The notes below the pieces were generated by a model, which saw only the letters and a list, made by a program, of their open reading frames with translations, had not been told where the DNA came from and ran no database searches. Position numbers and translations under genes: made by a program. DNA of 64,000 nt from Burkholderiales bacterium (GTDB taxonomy: Bacteria; Pseudomonadota; Gammaproteobacteria; Burkholderiales; JAEUOS01): NCBI GenBank assembly GCA_016790695.1, contig JAEUOS010000066.1, positions 23,446 to 87,445 on the forward strand. The letters are read 5' to 3'. Positions 21,565 through 35,116 of the stretch are shown here, in pieces; position 1 is the first letter of the stretch; the number at the start of each line of letters is the position of its first letter.

Positions 21565-22236
21565 TCAGGCGCCCGGCGCGAGGCTGACGAAGCGCCCGAG
21601 CGCGCGGAACTGGTTGGGCTCGCCCATGATGTAGCGCGCGCAGTCCTCCAGCAGCGGATCGGTGATCTCCTCGGCCGCGAACACCAGCGCGAAGCCGCCC
21701 AGGCGCTCGATGTTGCGCAGGGTGAAGCGCAGGCTGCAGGACTCGTAGTCCGGGGTGATGCGGATGCCGGCGCGCAGCACGCACTGGATGGTGAAGTCGG
21801 CGTGCGTGACCATGTGGCGGACGTTGCGCACCTCGTTGACCTCGAACACGGCGCCGGCCGCGCGCAGGTTGGCCTCGAAGCGCGCGATGTTGGGCGGCAG
21901 CTCCTTGCGCACCTGGATCGTCTGCGACGACTTCTGCTGGAAGGTCAGGTTGATGTGGTCGTAGCGCTCGCGGTCCTCGACGAGCTTCTTGCGGAAGTCG
22001 ATGAAGAAGTCCGTCAGGCGCATGCCCTCGAAGCGCACGCCGGGCTCGAGGTCGAAGGTGCGCGGCGACGGCAGATTGAGGACATTGAGCTGCTTGGTCA
22101 GGTCGTTGAGATACAGGAAGGCGTGGTGCATCGCCTCGTCGACCTGGAGCACCGACTCGCTGAACCCGCGCGCCTGCGCGGAGCGATGCGCCTGCAGCTG
22201 TTCCGCCTGGCGCTTCAGATCGTCGAGGAGGCCCAT
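21565..22236 (-). CDS. Hypothetical protein
   Basis: 223-aa ORF with coding-like composition (not Arg/Ala/Pro biased) and mixed charged/hydrophobic content. 21 nt from the gloA stop. I recognise no motif. Confidence 0.65.
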   Translation of the reverse strand: MGLLDDLKRQAEQLQAHRSAQARGFSESVLQVDEAMHHAFLYLNDLTKQLNVLNLPSPRTFDLEPGVRFEGMRLTDFFIDFRKKLVEDRERYDHINLTFQQKSSQTIQVRKELPPNIARFEANLRAAGAVFEVNEVRNVRHMVTHADFTIQCVLRAGIRITPDYESCSLRFTLRNIERLGGFALVFAAEEITDPLLEDCARYIMGEPNQFRALGRFVSLAPGA

Positions 22237-22257
22237 GTGGCGTCGCTCCCGGAGGTT

Positions 22258-22644
22258 TCAGTGGCGGGTCTCGATGAGTTCGATCTTGTAGCCGTCGGGA
22301 TCGGTGACGAAGGCGATCACCGTGGTGCCGCCCTTGACCGGCCCCGGTTCGCGCGTGATCGCGCCGCCGCTGGCGCGGATGCGCTCGCAGGCGGCGCGGC
22401 AGTCGGGCACGCCGATCGCGATGTGCCCGAACGCGCCGCCCATCTCGTACCTGTCGACCCCGTAGTTGTAGGTGAGCTCGATCACCGACGCGCGATCCTC
22501 GGTGTCGTAGCCGACGAAGGCCAGCGAGTACTTCTGGTCCGGCCGGTCGGTGGTGCGCAAGAGACGCATGCCCATGACGTCGGTGTAGAACCGGATCGAG
22601 CGCTCGAGGTCGCCGACGCGCAGCATGGTGTGCAACAGACGCAT
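22258..22644 (-). CDS. gloA: Lactoylglutathione lyase (glyoxalase I)
   Basis: 128 aa. [26 protein letters not shown]...HIAIGV...GYKIELIE is strongly GloA-like. Confidence 0.92.
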   Translation of the reverse strand: MRLLHTMLRVGDLERSIRFYTDVMGMRLLRTTDRPDQKYSLAFVGYDTEDRASVIELTYNYGVDRYEMGGAFGHIAIGVPDCRAACERIRASGGAITREPGPVKGGTTVIAFVTDPDGYKIELIETRH

Positions 22645-22724
22645 GTCCCGCTCCCAGGGTTCCGGAAATTCCCGGCAGGCGCGATTCTATGGGAAAGGCG
22701 GGCGGCGCAGGCGCGGGATTGAGG

Positions 22725-23519
22725 TCAGATTTCGGGCAATTGCAGCGAGACCAGCCGCATCTCCGCGCGCGCGGCCTCGTAGTCGGGGACCAGGCGCCCG
22801 ACGGCCGACCAGAAGCGCTCGCCATGGTGCATGTGGCGCACGTGCGCGACCTCGTGGGCGACGACATAGTCGATCAGCCGCGGCGCCAGGTGCATCATGC
22901 GCCAGTTCAGGCTGACGCGGTGGCTGCCGTCGGTGTCGCGCGCGCACGAACCCCAGCGGGTGGCGGCGCGGGTCAGGCGCAGTGCCGGAACCGGCACCCC
23001 CAGGCGATCGCTGTAGTGGGCGAGGCGCGCGCCGAAATGGGAGCGCGCCTCGCGCTTGATCATCTCCGCCAGGCACTGCCGCGTCTTCGCCTCCGCCTCG
23101 GGGCGCGGCACGGTCAGGATCAGCATGTCGTCGAACACCGCGAGCGCCGGCCGTCCGGGCGCCAGCCGGAACGCGCGCGGCACGCCCAGGTAGGGCAGCG
23201 GGTCGGCAAACGACCAGGCGCGGCGCGCCGCGTGCTCGGGCGCCTGCCACTCGGCAAGCTTGGCCGCCACCCAGGCGGCGTTGGCGAGGATCAGGCGCTC
23301 GATGTCGGCCTGGCGCGCCTTCAGCGGCGCCGCCACGCGCAGCCCGCGCGTGTCGATGGTCAGGCCCAGGGTGCGCCGGCGTGCCGAGCGGCGGATCGTG
23401 TAGTCGACCGCGCGGCCGGCGATCGGGATGCAGCGGCGCTCCTCGGGCGGCGCGGCCTCCGGGGCGGGCCCGCGCAGGGCGCCGAACAGCGGCAGTTCGA
23501 GCTGGAAGAGACGGAGCAC
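22725..23519 (-). CDS. M48-family metal-dependent hydrolase, YgjP-like (DUF45)
   Basis: C-terminal part of ORF 22725..24239. Zinc motif YVVAHEVAHVRHMHH and WGSC block. No in-frame ATG is available; GTG at 23519 is proposed, so the start is uncertain. Confidence 0.7.
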   Translation of the reverse strand: MLRLFQLELPLFGALRGPAPEAAPPEERRCIPIAGRAVDYTIRRSARRRTLGLTIDTRGLRVAAPLKARQADIERLILANAAWVAAKLAEWQAPEHAARRAWSFADPLPYLGVPRAFRLAPGRPALAVFDDMLILTVPRPEAEAKTRQCLAEMIKREARSHFGARLAHYSDRLGVPVPALRLTRAATRWGSCARDTDGSHRVSLNWRMMHLAPRLIDYVVAHEVAHVRHMHHGERFWSAVGRLVPDYEAARAEMRLVSLQLPEI

Positions 23520-23560
23520 GCGGTGGCGGACGGCTGCGCGGGTCGATGCGCTCCCGCATG

Positions 23561-24295
23561 CTACCCGTGGTACTGGTGCGGAAACAAGCGCCGCATCTCG
23601 GCCTCGATCCAGGCCTCGACCCTGGCCATCTGCTCCTCCGGCGTCAGGCCCTCGGGCGAGATCGGCGCGCCGATCGAGACCGTGACCGTCCCCGGGCGCT
23701 TGAGCCAGCGGCCGCGCGGCCAGACGTCGCCCGCGTTGTGCGCGATCGGCACCACCGGCACCCCGGTGGCCGTCGACAGGTGGGTGCCACCCAGCTTGTA
23801 GCGGCGCTGCTTGCCGGGATCGACCCGCGTGCCCTCGGGGAACAGGATCATGTACCAGCCTTCGTGCAGCTTGCGCCCGCCCACCTGCGCCACCTGCGCC
23901 AGGGCCTCCTTGCCGCGCGCGCGGTCGATCGGGATCATGCCGCACAGGTAGATGCCCCAGCCGAAGAACGGCACCCAGTGCAGCTCGCGCTTGTAGACGT
24001 AGCACATGCGGCGGAACAGGGTGCGGAACAGCAGGGTCTCGTAGCGCGACTGGTGCTTGGCCAGGAAGATCACGCCGCCGTGCTTGCGCCGGTCCGGCAC
24101 GTGCTCGCGTCCGATCACCTTGTAGTCGATGCCGAGGATGTGCTTCGTGCCCCAGATCGCGACGTCGGTCCACTTGGCGATCATCAGGTAGCGGCGCGGC
24201 TGGCGCACCGGGAAGGTCAGGCACGAGAAGATGCCCCACGGCGCCACCGTGACGAACAGGAACACCAGGAAGGCGACGGTGCGCAGCAGCAGCAT
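23561..24295 (-). CDS. plsC: 1-acyl-sn-glycerol-3-phosphate acyltransferase
   Basis: 244 aa from MLLLRTVAFLVF (TM helix). Acyltransferase blocks AKHQSRYE and FPEGTR. Confidence 0.85.
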   Translation of the reverse strand: MLLLRTVAFLVFLFVTVAPWGIFSCLTFPVRQPRRYLMIAKWTDVAIWGTKHILGIDYKVIGREHVPDRRKHGGVIFLAKHQSRYETLLFRTLFRRMCYVYKRELHWVPFFGWGIYLCGMIPIDRARGKEALAQVAQVGGRKLHEGWYMILFPEGTRVDPGKQRRYKLGGTHLSTATGVPVVPIAHNAGDVWPRGRWLKRPGTVTVSIGAPISPEGLTPEEQMARVEAWIEAEMRRLFPHQYHG

Positions 24296-24315
24296 CGAAG
24301 TCGCGGCGGCGGGCC

Positions 24316-24870
24316 CTAGTGCCGCCGGAAATGGGCGGCCACCGCCGCCAGGTCGTCGAACACCTGCGTTCCGGGCGGCAGGTTGCCCTCGGCCAGGGTC
24401 TTCATGCCCTTGCCGGTCCTGACCAGGATCGGCTGGCAGCCCACGGCCGCGGCGGCCACGAGGTCGCGCAGCGAATCGCCCACCGCCGGCACGCCAGCGA
24501 GGTCGCGCGCGAAACGGCGCGCGATCTCCTGGTACATGCCGGGCTTGGGCTTGCGGCACTTGCAGTGGTCGTCGTTCTTGTGCGGGCAGAAGAACACCGC
24601 GTCGATGCGCCCGCCGGCCTGGGCGACGACCCGGTGCATCTTCGTATGCATCAGGTTGAGGGTCGCCGTGTCGAACAGGCCGCGGCCGATGCCCGACTGG
24701 TTGGTCGCGACCACGACGCGGTAGCCCGCATGGTTGAGGGTGGCGATCGCCGCGGCCGAGCCCGGCAACGGCCGCCACTCGGCGGCGCTCTTGACGTAGA
24801 CGTCGCTGTCCTCGTTGATCACGCCGTCGCGATCGAGGATGATCAGCCGGTGCGGCGTGCCGGCGCTCAT
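24316..24870 (-). CDS. gmhB: D-glycero-beta-D-manno-heptose 1,7-bisphosphate 7-phosphatase
   Basis: HAD motif LILDRDGVIN, TNQSGIGRG, zinc-binding CPHKNDDHCKCRKP, GDSLRD. Confidence 0.9.
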   Translation of the reverse strand: MSAGTPHRLIILDRDGVINEDSDVYVKSAAEWRPLPGSAAAIATLNHAGYRVVVATNQSGIGRGLFDTATLNLMHTKMHRVVAQAGGRIDAVFFCPHKNDDHCKCRKPKPGMYQEIARRFARDLAGVPAVGDSLRDLVAAAAVGCQPILVRTGKGMKTLAEGNLPPGTQVFDDLAAVAAHFRRH

Positions 24871-24928
24871 CGCGACCCGTGCGCGGCGCGCGCCCGTCCG
24901 GGGTCGCCGGCGTGCCGCGCGCGGCCCG

Positions 24929-27045
24929 TCATGCGGCCAGCCGCGACAGATCGGCGGCGCGGTTCATGGTTGCCGACAGGTGCATCAGCAGGCCCAGGCG
25001 GTTGGCGCGCAGCGCGGCGTCCTCGGCATTGACCATCACGCTGTCGAAGAAGGCATCGACCGGCGCCTTGAGCGACGCCAGCACGCGCAGCGAGCCGGTG
25101 TAGTCGCCGGCGGCGAACGCGCGCGCCGACAGCGGCGCGACGCGCTCGAGCTCGGCGTGGAGCTGGCGCTCGGCCGGCTCGACCAGCAGCGCCTGGTCGA
25201 CCGCGGCGGCGACCGGCGCCGCGGCCTTCTTCAGGATGTTGCCGACCCGCTTGTTGGCCGCGGCCAGCGGCGCCGCCTCGGCCATGCGGGTGAAGGCGCG
25301 CACCGCCTCGAGCAGGCGCGGCACCTCCCGGATGCGCTCGGGCCGCTGCGCCAGCACGGCGTCGACCTCCTGCGCGCTGTAGCCCTGGTCGCGCAGCTGG
25401 TTGGCCAGCCGGTCGTGGATGAACGCGACGACCTGGGCGCCGGTCTCGGCGGGATTGCCGCGGACCGCGGCATTGCAGGTGATGCCGGCGGCGATGTCGA
25501 CGATCTCGGTCAGCCCGATCGCGAGCTCGCGCTCGACGAGCATGCGCACCACGCCGAGCGCGTGGCGGCGCAGCGCGAACGGGTCGCGGTCGCCGGACGG
25601 CCGCTCGCCGATGCCGATCAGGCCGGTCAGGGTCTCGAGCTTGTCGGCCAGCGCGACGACGATGCCCACCGGATTGCGCGGCAGCGCATCGCCGGCGAAG
25701 CGCGGCCGGTAGTGGTCCTCGATCGCGTCCGCGATCTCCCCGGCGATGCCGTCGTGGCGCGCGTAGTACGCGCCCATGATGCCCTGCAGCTCGGGGAATT
25801 CGCCGACCATGTCGGTGACGAGGTCGGCCTTGGCCAGGCGCGCGGCCGCCGCGGCGGCCTCGGCCAGCGCGCCGCCGTCGAGGCGCTCGCCGATCGCGCG
25901 CGCGATTGCCTCGACGCGCGCGCTGCGCTCGCCCTGGGTGCCGAGCTTGTTGTGATAGACCACCCTGGCCAGCGCCGGCAGGCGCGCTTCCAGCCGCTGC
26001 CGGCGGTCCTGGTCGAAGAAGAACTTCGCGTCGGCCAGGCGCGGGCGCACCACGCGCTCGTTGCCGCCGATGACCGCCTGCGGGTCGGCCGGCCGGATGT
26101 TGCTGACGATCAGGAAGCGGTTGGTCAGGCGCCCGTTGCCGTCGAGCAGCGGGAAGTACTTCTGGTTCGCCTTCATGGTCAGGATCAGGCATTCCTGCGG
26201 GACGCCGAGGAACGCCTCCTCGAAGCGGCCGAGCAGCACGTTGGGCCGCTCGACCAGCGCGGTGACCTCGTCGACGAGCGCGTCGTCGTCGACCGGCGCC
26301 AGGCCGGCGGCCGCGGCCGCCGCATGGATCTGGCGTTCGATCTCCGCGCGCCGCGCCGCGAACGACGCGATCACCGCGCCCTCGGCCTCGAGCTGGGCGG
26401 CGTAGCTGTCGGCGTCGCGGATGACGACCGGGTCGGCCGCCGCCTCGAACCGGTGTCCCTGCGTCTCGCGCCCGGCCGCGAGGCCCAGCGCCGTCACCGG
26501 CACGACGTCGGCGCCATGCAGGGCGATGAGCCGGTGCGCCGGGCGCACGAAGTGCACGCTCTGCCAGCCGTCGGCGAGCTGGTAGCTCATCACCTTCGGG
26601 ATCGGCAGCCGGGCCAGCGCCTGATCGAGCGCGGTCTGCAGGCCGGCCGCAAGGGTCGCGCCGGCGACGGTCGAGTCGAGGAACAGGGCCTCGGCCTTGC
26701 CGTCGGGCGCGCGCTTCAGGCGCGGCACGGCACCGGCGTCGGCGCCGAGTGCCGCGAGCTTCTTGAGCAGCGCCGGCGTGGCGTTGCCGGCCGCGTCGAG
26801 ACCGACGGCGACCGGCATCAGTTTCTGGGTCAGCGCGCGGTCGGCGGCCCGCGCCGCGACGGCCGTCAGGTGCGCCGCCAGCCGCCGCGGCGACGCGAAG
26901 GGCGTGACGACGCAATCGGCCCCGGCCAGGCCCTGGGCGCGCAGGCCGTCGGCGAGCGCGCCGGCGAATGCCTCGCCGAGACGCCGCAGCGCCTTCGGCG
27001 GCAGTTCCTCGACATTGAGCTCGACGAGCAGGTTTGCCGTGCCCA

Positions 27046-27049
<4 letters not shown>
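24929..27049 (-). CDS. glyS: Glycine--tRNA ligase beta subunit
   Basis: 706 aa starting [21 protein letters not shown]. Stop/start overlap with glyQ. Confidence 0.93.
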
Positions 27050-27963
<914 letters not shown>

Positions 27964-28036
27964 GGGCCGCCGGCCGCGAGGGCAAACGGGGATTTTAGCG
28001 GAATCGATCGGCGCGCCGCCGGTCCGCGCGGCTTCC

Positions 28037-28498
28037 TCAGGGGCCGGTCGGCGCGATGTCCGGGTCGAGCCAGCGCTCGCGGATCTGGCGGATCACCTCG
28101 CGCATGCCGCTCGCGGTGAGCGGCTTGCAGATGAAGGCATTGGCGCCGACATCGTGCGCCTCGACGATGTCGAGCGGCGCGTCGGAGGACGAGAACATCA
28201 CCACCCGCAGGCCGGCGAGCTCGGGATGCGCGCGGATCTCCCGCAAGGCCTCGAGCCCGGACTGCACCGGCATGTGCAGGTCCATCAGCACCAGGCGCGG
28301 CAGGATCCCCGCCGCGCGCCCGCCGTGCGCGCCGCGGCGCAGCAGGAAATCGAGCGCCTCCGCGCCGCTGGAGACGGCCACCTGCGGGGCGGTGACGCCG
28401 GCGCGCTTGAGTCCCATTTGCATGAGCAGCAGTTCTTCGGGACTGTCGTCGACCAGGAGGATCGGGGCAGCGGGGTCGATCGGCGCTGATGCGGGCAC
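28037..28498 (-). CDS. Single-domain response regulator (receiver only)
   Basis: 153 aa. [11 protein letters not shown], phospho-acceptor LVLMDLHMP, and the FSSS...K (ICKP) receiver signature. No output domain. Confidence 0.85.
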   Translation of the reverse strand: MPASAPIDPAAPILLVDDSPEELLLMQMGLKRAGVTAPQVAVSSGAEALDFLLRRGAHGGRAAGILPRLVLMDLHMPVQSGLEALREIRAHPELAGLRVVMFSSSDAPLDIVEAHDVGANAFICKPLTASGMREVIRQIRERWLDPDIAPTGP

Positions 28499-28610
28499 GG
28501 CACGAGGCTGGGGAAGGGACGAAGCGCCATTCTACTTTGCCGGCGGCCCGCAGCGTCTGCCGCCGATTAGAATCCCTGCCGGCTGGCCGTCGCCAGCGGA
28601 GAGATCGAAC

Positions 28611-29582
28611 ATGCGCATCCTTGCCTGCCTGAGCCTCTGGTTCATCGCCACCGTGTCGGTCGCCCAGGAGGCGTGGCCGACGGCGCGGCCGATCAACCTC
28701 GTGGTGGCGTTTCCCCCCGGGGGCGTCGCCGACCTCACCGCGCGGCCGATGGCGGTCGCGCTCGAGCGCATCCTCCGGCAGAAGGTGCTGGTGGAGAACA
28801 AGCCGGGCGCCGGCGGCGCGGTCGGCAACGGCTTCGTCGCCCGGGCGCGGCCCGACGGCTACACCCTGCTGATGGCCTTGTCGTCGGTGAGCATCCTGCC
28901 GGAGGCCGATCGCGTCAACGGCAAGGCGCCCGGCTACACCCTCGACCAGCTCGTGCCGGTCGCCCTGGTGTCGGCCGACCCGACCGTGCTGGTGGTGCGC
29001 GCCGAGTCGCCCTACCGCTCGGTGCGCGATCTGGTCGAGGCGGCGCGCGCCAACCCCGGCAGGATCAACTACGCGTCCTCGGGCTACTACAGCGCGCTGC
29101 ACACGCCGATGGAGATGTTCTCGCTCGCCACCGGGGTGAAGCTGTTTCACATTCCCTATCAGGGCGGCGGGCCGGCGGTCACCGCGATCCTCGGCGGACA
29201 GGTCGAGGCGCTCGCCTCCGGCCCCGGTCCGGTGGTGCAGCACATCAAGGCCGGCAAGCTGCGCGCGCTGGCATCGTGGGGGGAGAAGCGGCATCCGGCG
29301 CTGCCCGAGGTGCCCACGCTCAAGGAACTCGGCATCGACAACGAGTTCTACATCTGGGCCGGCATGTTCGCCCCGGCCGGCACGCCCGAGCCGGTGATCC
29401 GCCAGCTGCGCGATGCGGTGCGCCAGGCGGTCGCCGATCCGCAGTTCCGCCAGGTGATGGAGGGGGCCGGCCAGCCCATCCAGTACCTGGACCAGGCCGA
29501 GTTCCGCGTCTTCTTCGAGAAGGATGCGAAGAAGATGGCCGACGTGGTGCGGCAGATCGGGCGGGTCGACGAAAAGAAGTGA
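28611..29582 (+). CDS. Bug family (TctC-like) substrate-binding protein
   Basis: ATG 28611 within ORF 28056..29582. Signal peptide MRILACLSLWFIATVSVAQ; Bug blocks RPINLVVAFPPGG and ENKPGAGG. Confidence 0.85.
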   Translation: MRILACLSLWFIATVSVAQEAWPTARPINLVVAFPPGGVADLTARPMAVALERILRQKVLVENKPGAGGAVGNGFVARARPDGYTLLMALSSVSILPEADRVNGKAPGYTLDQLVPVALVSADPTVLVVRAESPYRSVRDLVEAARANPGRINYASSGYYSALHTPMEMFSLATGVKLFHIPYQGGGPAVTAILGGQVEALASGPGPVVQHIKAGKLRALASWGEKRHPALPEVPTLKELGIDNEFYIWAGMFAPAGTPEPVIRQLRDAVRQAVADPQFRQVMEGAGQPIQYLDQAEFRVFFEKDAKKMADVVRQIGRVDEKK

Positions 29583-29605
29583 GGCGATCGGGCGACGGCG
29601 TCGCG

Positions 29606-31123
<1,518 letters not shown>

Positions 31124-31250
31124 CCGGAGGTTCCCCGCAGTCTGGTCGTCGTGCTCGGGCGCGGCGACTTGCCGACCGCGATCCGCACGCAGATTCTAGG
31201 GGCGGCGGGCGGGCCGGCCGGCGCGCGCGCCGGGGCGCGCCGATGAACGG

Positions 31251-31946
31251 TCAGGCGTGGAGGACCGAAGGCGCGCGCGCTCCCGGCGGCGGACCGCCGT
31301 CGGCGGCGCGCGCGTAGGCGGCCGTCCAGTCGGCTTCCGGCGCCGGCAGACCCAGCAGTTCGATCACCTGCAGCGCGATCTCGCGCGCCGCGTTGTCCAC
31401 CGCGCGCGGCAGGCGCGGCGGCGGGGCGTCCATCAGCAGGAGCTTGGTCGCCGACACCGCGTACACCGGCGCCAGCAGGCGGTCCTTGTGGATCGCCAGC
31501 ATCGCGTCGACCGCGCGGCTCGCGCTCGCGGCCGCCCAGGCGTTGGTCGGCCATTGCGAGGGCAGGGCCCAGGCCTGGGGGAAGCGTTCGAGGTCGCCGC
31601 GCACGGCGCGCATGTCCTCGTGCGAGTCGCGGAACGGCAGCAGCACCAGGTCGCTGAGCGCGGCGAGGCGCCGATCGACGTCGGGGCGATTGCCGCCGCC
31701 GTCGATGACCCCGATCCAGCCCGCGGTGGCGCGCAGCTTCGCCGCGGCCAGCGCGAGCTGGTCGGCCGAGCGCGCGTCGAACGGCAGGTAGTTGCGATTC
31801 TGCTTGGAGAGCTTGTCGCGCAGCTGGTCGGTGAGCATCGCAACGGCGCGCAGGCCGAAGGCGCCCAGCCCGTGCGCGATCAGGTGCGACAGCGTGGTCT
31901 TGCCGGTCCCGCCCTTGTTGCCGATGATGCAGACGATCTTGCCCAT
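31251..31946 (-). CDS. ParA/MinD-like P-loop ATPase (orphan)
   Basis: 231 aa with the deviant Walker A IIGNKGGTGKTT at the N-terminus. No parB-like or min partner is adjacent. Confidence 0.75.
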   Translation of the reverse strand: MGKIVCIIGNKGGTGKTTLSHLIAHGLGAFGLRAVAMLTDQLRDKLSKQNRNYLPFDARSADQLALAAAKLRATAGWIGVIDGGGNRPDVDRRLAALSDLVLLPFRDSHEDMRAVRGDLERFPQAWALPSQWPTNAWAAASASRAVDAMLAIHKDRLLAPVYAVSATKLLLMDAPPPRLPRAVDNAAREIALQVIELLGLPAPEADWTAAYARAADGGPPPGARAPSVLHA

Positions 31947-32082
31947 GACGATGTTCCTGCGCGCAGAATTGTGCGGTGACGATTGTGCGCGCGCGCGGCC
32001 CGCGCGAACGCGCGAATAGACCCTGCGCGGGCGCCGATTTCCGCCGCCGCGCGGTGCGGCCGCAGAGGCGGCCGCACCCGGG

Positions 32083-32091
32083 TGCTACAAT
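32083..32091 (+). promoter_or_regulatory. Extended -10 promoter element TGcTACAAT upstream of alaS
   Basis: TG at 32083-32084 and TACAAT at 32086-32091, 33 nt upstream of the alaS ATG. No good -35, which is tolerated by extended -10 promoters. Confidence 0.4.
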
Positions 32092-32093
32092 CC

Positions 32094-32105
32094 AATCAAT
32101 TGATT
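32094..32105. promoter_or_regulatory. Perfect 12-bp palindrome AATCAATTGATT at the predicted alaS transcription start
   Basis: Read directly. It lies immediately downstream of the -10 element, in an AT-rich patch. Confidence 0.4.
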
Positions 32106-32123
32106 TTCAAAAGAAAAAGTTTC

Positions 32124-34742
32124 ATGAACGCCGCCGAAATCCGCGAGAAGTTCCTGCAATTTTTCGAATCCAAGGGCCACACCCGGGTGGCGTCCTCGCC
32201 GCTGGTGCCGGGCAACGACCCGACGCTGCTGTTCACCAACTCGGGCATGGTGCAGTTCAAGGACGTCTTCCTCGGGCGCGACGCGCGCGCCTACACGCGC
32301 GCGACCACCTCGCAGCGCAGCGTCCGCGCCGGCGGCAAGCACAACGACCTCGAGAACGTCGGCTACACCGCGCGCCACCACACGTTCTTCGAGATGCTGG
32401 GCAACTTCAGCTTCGGCGACTATTTCAAGCGCGACGCGATCCGCTATGCCTGGGAGCTCCTGACCGGCGTCTACGGCCTGCCCAAGGACCGGCTCTGGAT
32501 CACCGTCTACCACGAGGACGACGAGGCCTACGGCATCTGGGCCGACGAGATCGGGGTGCCGAAGGAGCGCATCGTGCGCATCGGCGACAACAAGGGCGCG
32601 AAGTACGCCTCCGACAACTTCTGGCAGATGGCCGACACCGGGCCCTGCGGCCCCTGCTCGGAGATCTTCTTCGACCACGGGCCCGAGGTGGCCGGCGGCC
32701 CGCCCGGCTCGCCGGACGCCGACGGCGACCGCTACATCGAGATCTGGAACCTGGTGTTCATGCAGTTCGACCGCCAGGCCGACGGCTCGATGCCGCGCCT
32801 GCCCAAGCCGTGCGTGGACACCGGCATGGGCCTGGAGCGCATCGCCGCGGTGCTGCAGCACGTGCACAGCAACTACGAGATCGACCTGTTCCAGGACCTG
32901 ATCCGCGCGGCGGCCCGCGAGACCGGCTGCGACGACCTGGCCCTGCCGTCGCTCAAGGTGATCGCGGACCACATCCGTGCCTGCGCGTTCCTCATCGTCG
33001 ACGGCGTCATCCCCTCCAACGACGGCCGCGGCTACGTCCTGCGGCGCATCATCCGGCGCGCGCTGCGCCATGGCCACAAGCTCGGCCAGACCCGGCCGTT
33101 CTTCCACAAGCTCGTCGGCGACCTGGTCAAGGTGATGGGCGCGGCCTATCCGGAACTCGCCCGCGGCGCCGCGCGCGTCGGCGAGACCCTGCTGGCCGAG
33201 GAGGAACGCTTCGCCGAGACGCTCGAGCACGGCATGAAGATCCTCGAGAGCGCGCTGGCCCGCGAGGGCAGCATGGTCGACGGCGAGACCGTGTTCACGC
33301 TCTACGACACCTACGGGTTCCCGGTCGACCTGACCGCGGACGTCGCCCGCGAGCGCGGCAAGGCGATCGACATCGCCGGCTACGAGGCGGCGATGGAGGA
33401 GCAGCGCAAGCTCGCGCGCGCCTCCTCGCGCTTCAAGATGAATGCCGGCGTGACCTATGCGGGCGGCAAGACCGAATTCCGGGGCTACGAGACCCTGGCG
33501 GTGCCGGCCTGCCGGGTGGTGGCGCTGTACATCGACGGCTCGCCGGTCGGCGAGCTCGGCAGCGGCGACGCCGGCATCGTCGTGCTCGACCGCACGCCGT
33601 TCTACGCCGAGTCCGGCGGCCAGGTCGGCGACAAGGGCGAGCTCATCGCGGCCGGCGGCACCTTCGTGGTCGAGGACACGCAGAAGATCCAGGCCGACGT
33701 GTTCGGCCACCACGGGCGCCTGTCCGCGGGCGAGCTCAGGGTCGGTGACGCGGTGGAGGCGCGCGTCGACGGCGCGCGCCGCGCCGCGATCGCGCGCAAT
33801 CATTCCGTCACCCACCTGATGCACAAGGCGCTGCGCGAGGTGCTCGGCGATCACGTCCAGCAGCGCGGCTCGCTGGTCGACGACCAGCGCACGCGCTTCG
33901 ACTTCGTGCAGATGAAGCCCCTGACCGACGAGGAGATCCGCGCGGTCGAGGACCGCGTCTTCGCCGAGATCCTCGCCAACACCGCGACCCGTGCGCGCGT
34001 CATGCCGATCGAGGAGGCGAAGAAGAGCGGCGCGATGATGCTGTTCGGCGAGAAATACGGCGACGAAGTGCGGGTGCAGGACATCGGCAGCTCGCGCGAG
34101 CTGTGCGGCGGCACCCACGTCGAGCGCACCGGCGACATCGGCGTGTTCAAGATCCTCTCCGAAGGCGGGGTGGCCGCCGGCATCCGGCGCGTCGAGGCGA
34201 CCACCGGCGCCGGCGCCTACGCGGTGATCAACGCCCAGCTGGCGGAGTACCAGGGGGCCGCGCGCGCGCTGCGGGTGGCGCCGGGCGCCGGGGAACTCGA
34301 CGGCGCGCTGAAGAAGCTCCAGGAGGAGAAGCGCGCGCTCGAGAAGGAGCTGGCGCGCCTGAAGGGCAAGCTTGCCTCCAGCCAGGGTGACGATCTCGCC
34401 GACCGCGCAGTCGAGGTCAAGGGGCTCCGGGTGCTGGCCGCGTCGCTCGAGGGCGCCGACGTCAAGACGTTGCGCGAGACGCTCGACAAGCTCAAGGACA
34501 AGCTGAAGAGCGCGGCGATCGTGCTGGCCAGCGCCGCGGACGGCAAGGTGGCGCTGATCGCGGGAGTCACCGCCGACGCGACCGCGAAGGTGAAGGCCGG
34601 CGAGCTCGTCAATTTCGTCGCCGCGCAGGTCGGCGGCAAGGGCGGCGGCCGGCCCGACATGGCGCAGGCCGGCGGCACCGATCCGGACAAGCTGCCGGCG
34701 GCGCTGGCCGGGGTCAAGGCGTGGGTCGAGGCGCGGCTGTAG
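32124..34742 (+). CDS. alaS: Alanine--tRNA ligase
   Basis: ATG 32124 within ORF 31983..34742. [46 protein letters not shown]; editing-domain HxxxH ([10 protein letters not shown]); about 872 aa. Confidence 0.95.
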   Translation: MNAAEIREKFLQFFESKGHTRVASSPLVPGNDPTLLFTNSGMVQFKDVFLGRDARAYTRATTSQRSVRAGGKHNDLENVGYTARHHTFFEMLGNFSFGDYFKRDAIRYAWELLTGVYGLPKDRLWITVYHEDDEAYGIWADEIGVPKERIVRIGDNKGAKYASDNFWQMADTGPCGPCSEIFFDHGPEVAGGPPGSPDADGDRYIEIWNLVFMQFDRQADGSMPRLPKPCVDTGMGLERIAAVLQHVHSNYEIDLFQDLIRAAARETGCDDLALPSLKVIADHIRACAFLIVDGVIPSNDGRGYVLRRIIRRALRHGHKLGQTRPFFHKLVGDLVKVMGAAYPELARGAARVGETLLAEEERFAETLEHGMKILESALAREGSMVDGETVFTLYDTYGFPVDLTADVARERGKAIDIAGYEAAMEEQRKLARASSRFKMNAGVTYAGGKTEFRGYETLAVPACRVVALYIDGSPVGELGSGDAGIVVLDRTPFYAESGGQVGDKGELIAAGGTFVVEDTQKIQADVFGHHGRLSAGELRVGDAVEARVDGARRAAIARNHSVTHLMHKALREVLGDHVQQRGSLVDDQRTRFDFVQMKPLTDEEIRAVEDRVFAEILANTATRARVMPIEEAKKSGAMMLFGEKYGDEVRVQDIGSSRELCGGTHVERTGDIGVFKILSEGGVAAGIRRVEATTGAGAYAVINAQLAEYQGAARALRVAPGAGELDGALKKLQEEKRALEKELARLKGKLASSQGDDLADRAVEVKGLRVLAASLEGADVKTLRETLDKLKDKLKSAAIVLASAADGKVALIAGVTADATAKVKAGELVNFVAAQVGGKGGGRPDMAQAGGTDPDKLPAALAGVKAWVEARL

Positions 34743-34776
34743 CCGGCGCCGGCGCGCGCGCAACGGAGGGCAGGAC

Positions 34777-35112
34777 ATGGCGACAATCAGGGGGGCGGGC
34801 GCCGTTGCGGCCGGGCTGATGGCCCTGGCCGGCGCGGCGTTCGCGCAGGGCGCGGTGATCGAGGCGACGACGGCGCACGGCGAGCGGGTGCGCCTGCTGC
34901 CCGACGGTCGCTGGGAATGGGTCGACGGCGCGCGCTCGGCGGTCCAGCGCGCCGAGCGCGCCGCCGAAGCGCGGCGCGACGAGGAGGCGCGCGCCGCGCA
35001 ACTGCGCCGCGAGCGCAATGCCCAGGGCGGCGGCGTGATCGGCCTCGGGCGCACCATCTACGAGGGCGACCGCGACTACAACCGCGGCAGCCTCAACCCG
35101 AAGTTGCGGTGA
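34777..35112 (+). CDS. Small secreted hypothetical protein
   Basis: 111 aa. Signal-peptide-like N-terminus AVAAGLMALAGAAFA-QG, then a charged Arg/Glu/Ala helix region. No recognised motif. Confidence 0.55.
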   Translation: MATIRGAGAVAAGLMALAGAAFAQGAVIEATTAHGERVRLLPDGRWEWVDGARSAVQRAERAAEARRDEEARAAQLRRERNAQGGGVIGLGRTIYEGDRDYNRGSLNPKLR

Positions 35113-35116
35113 CGGC

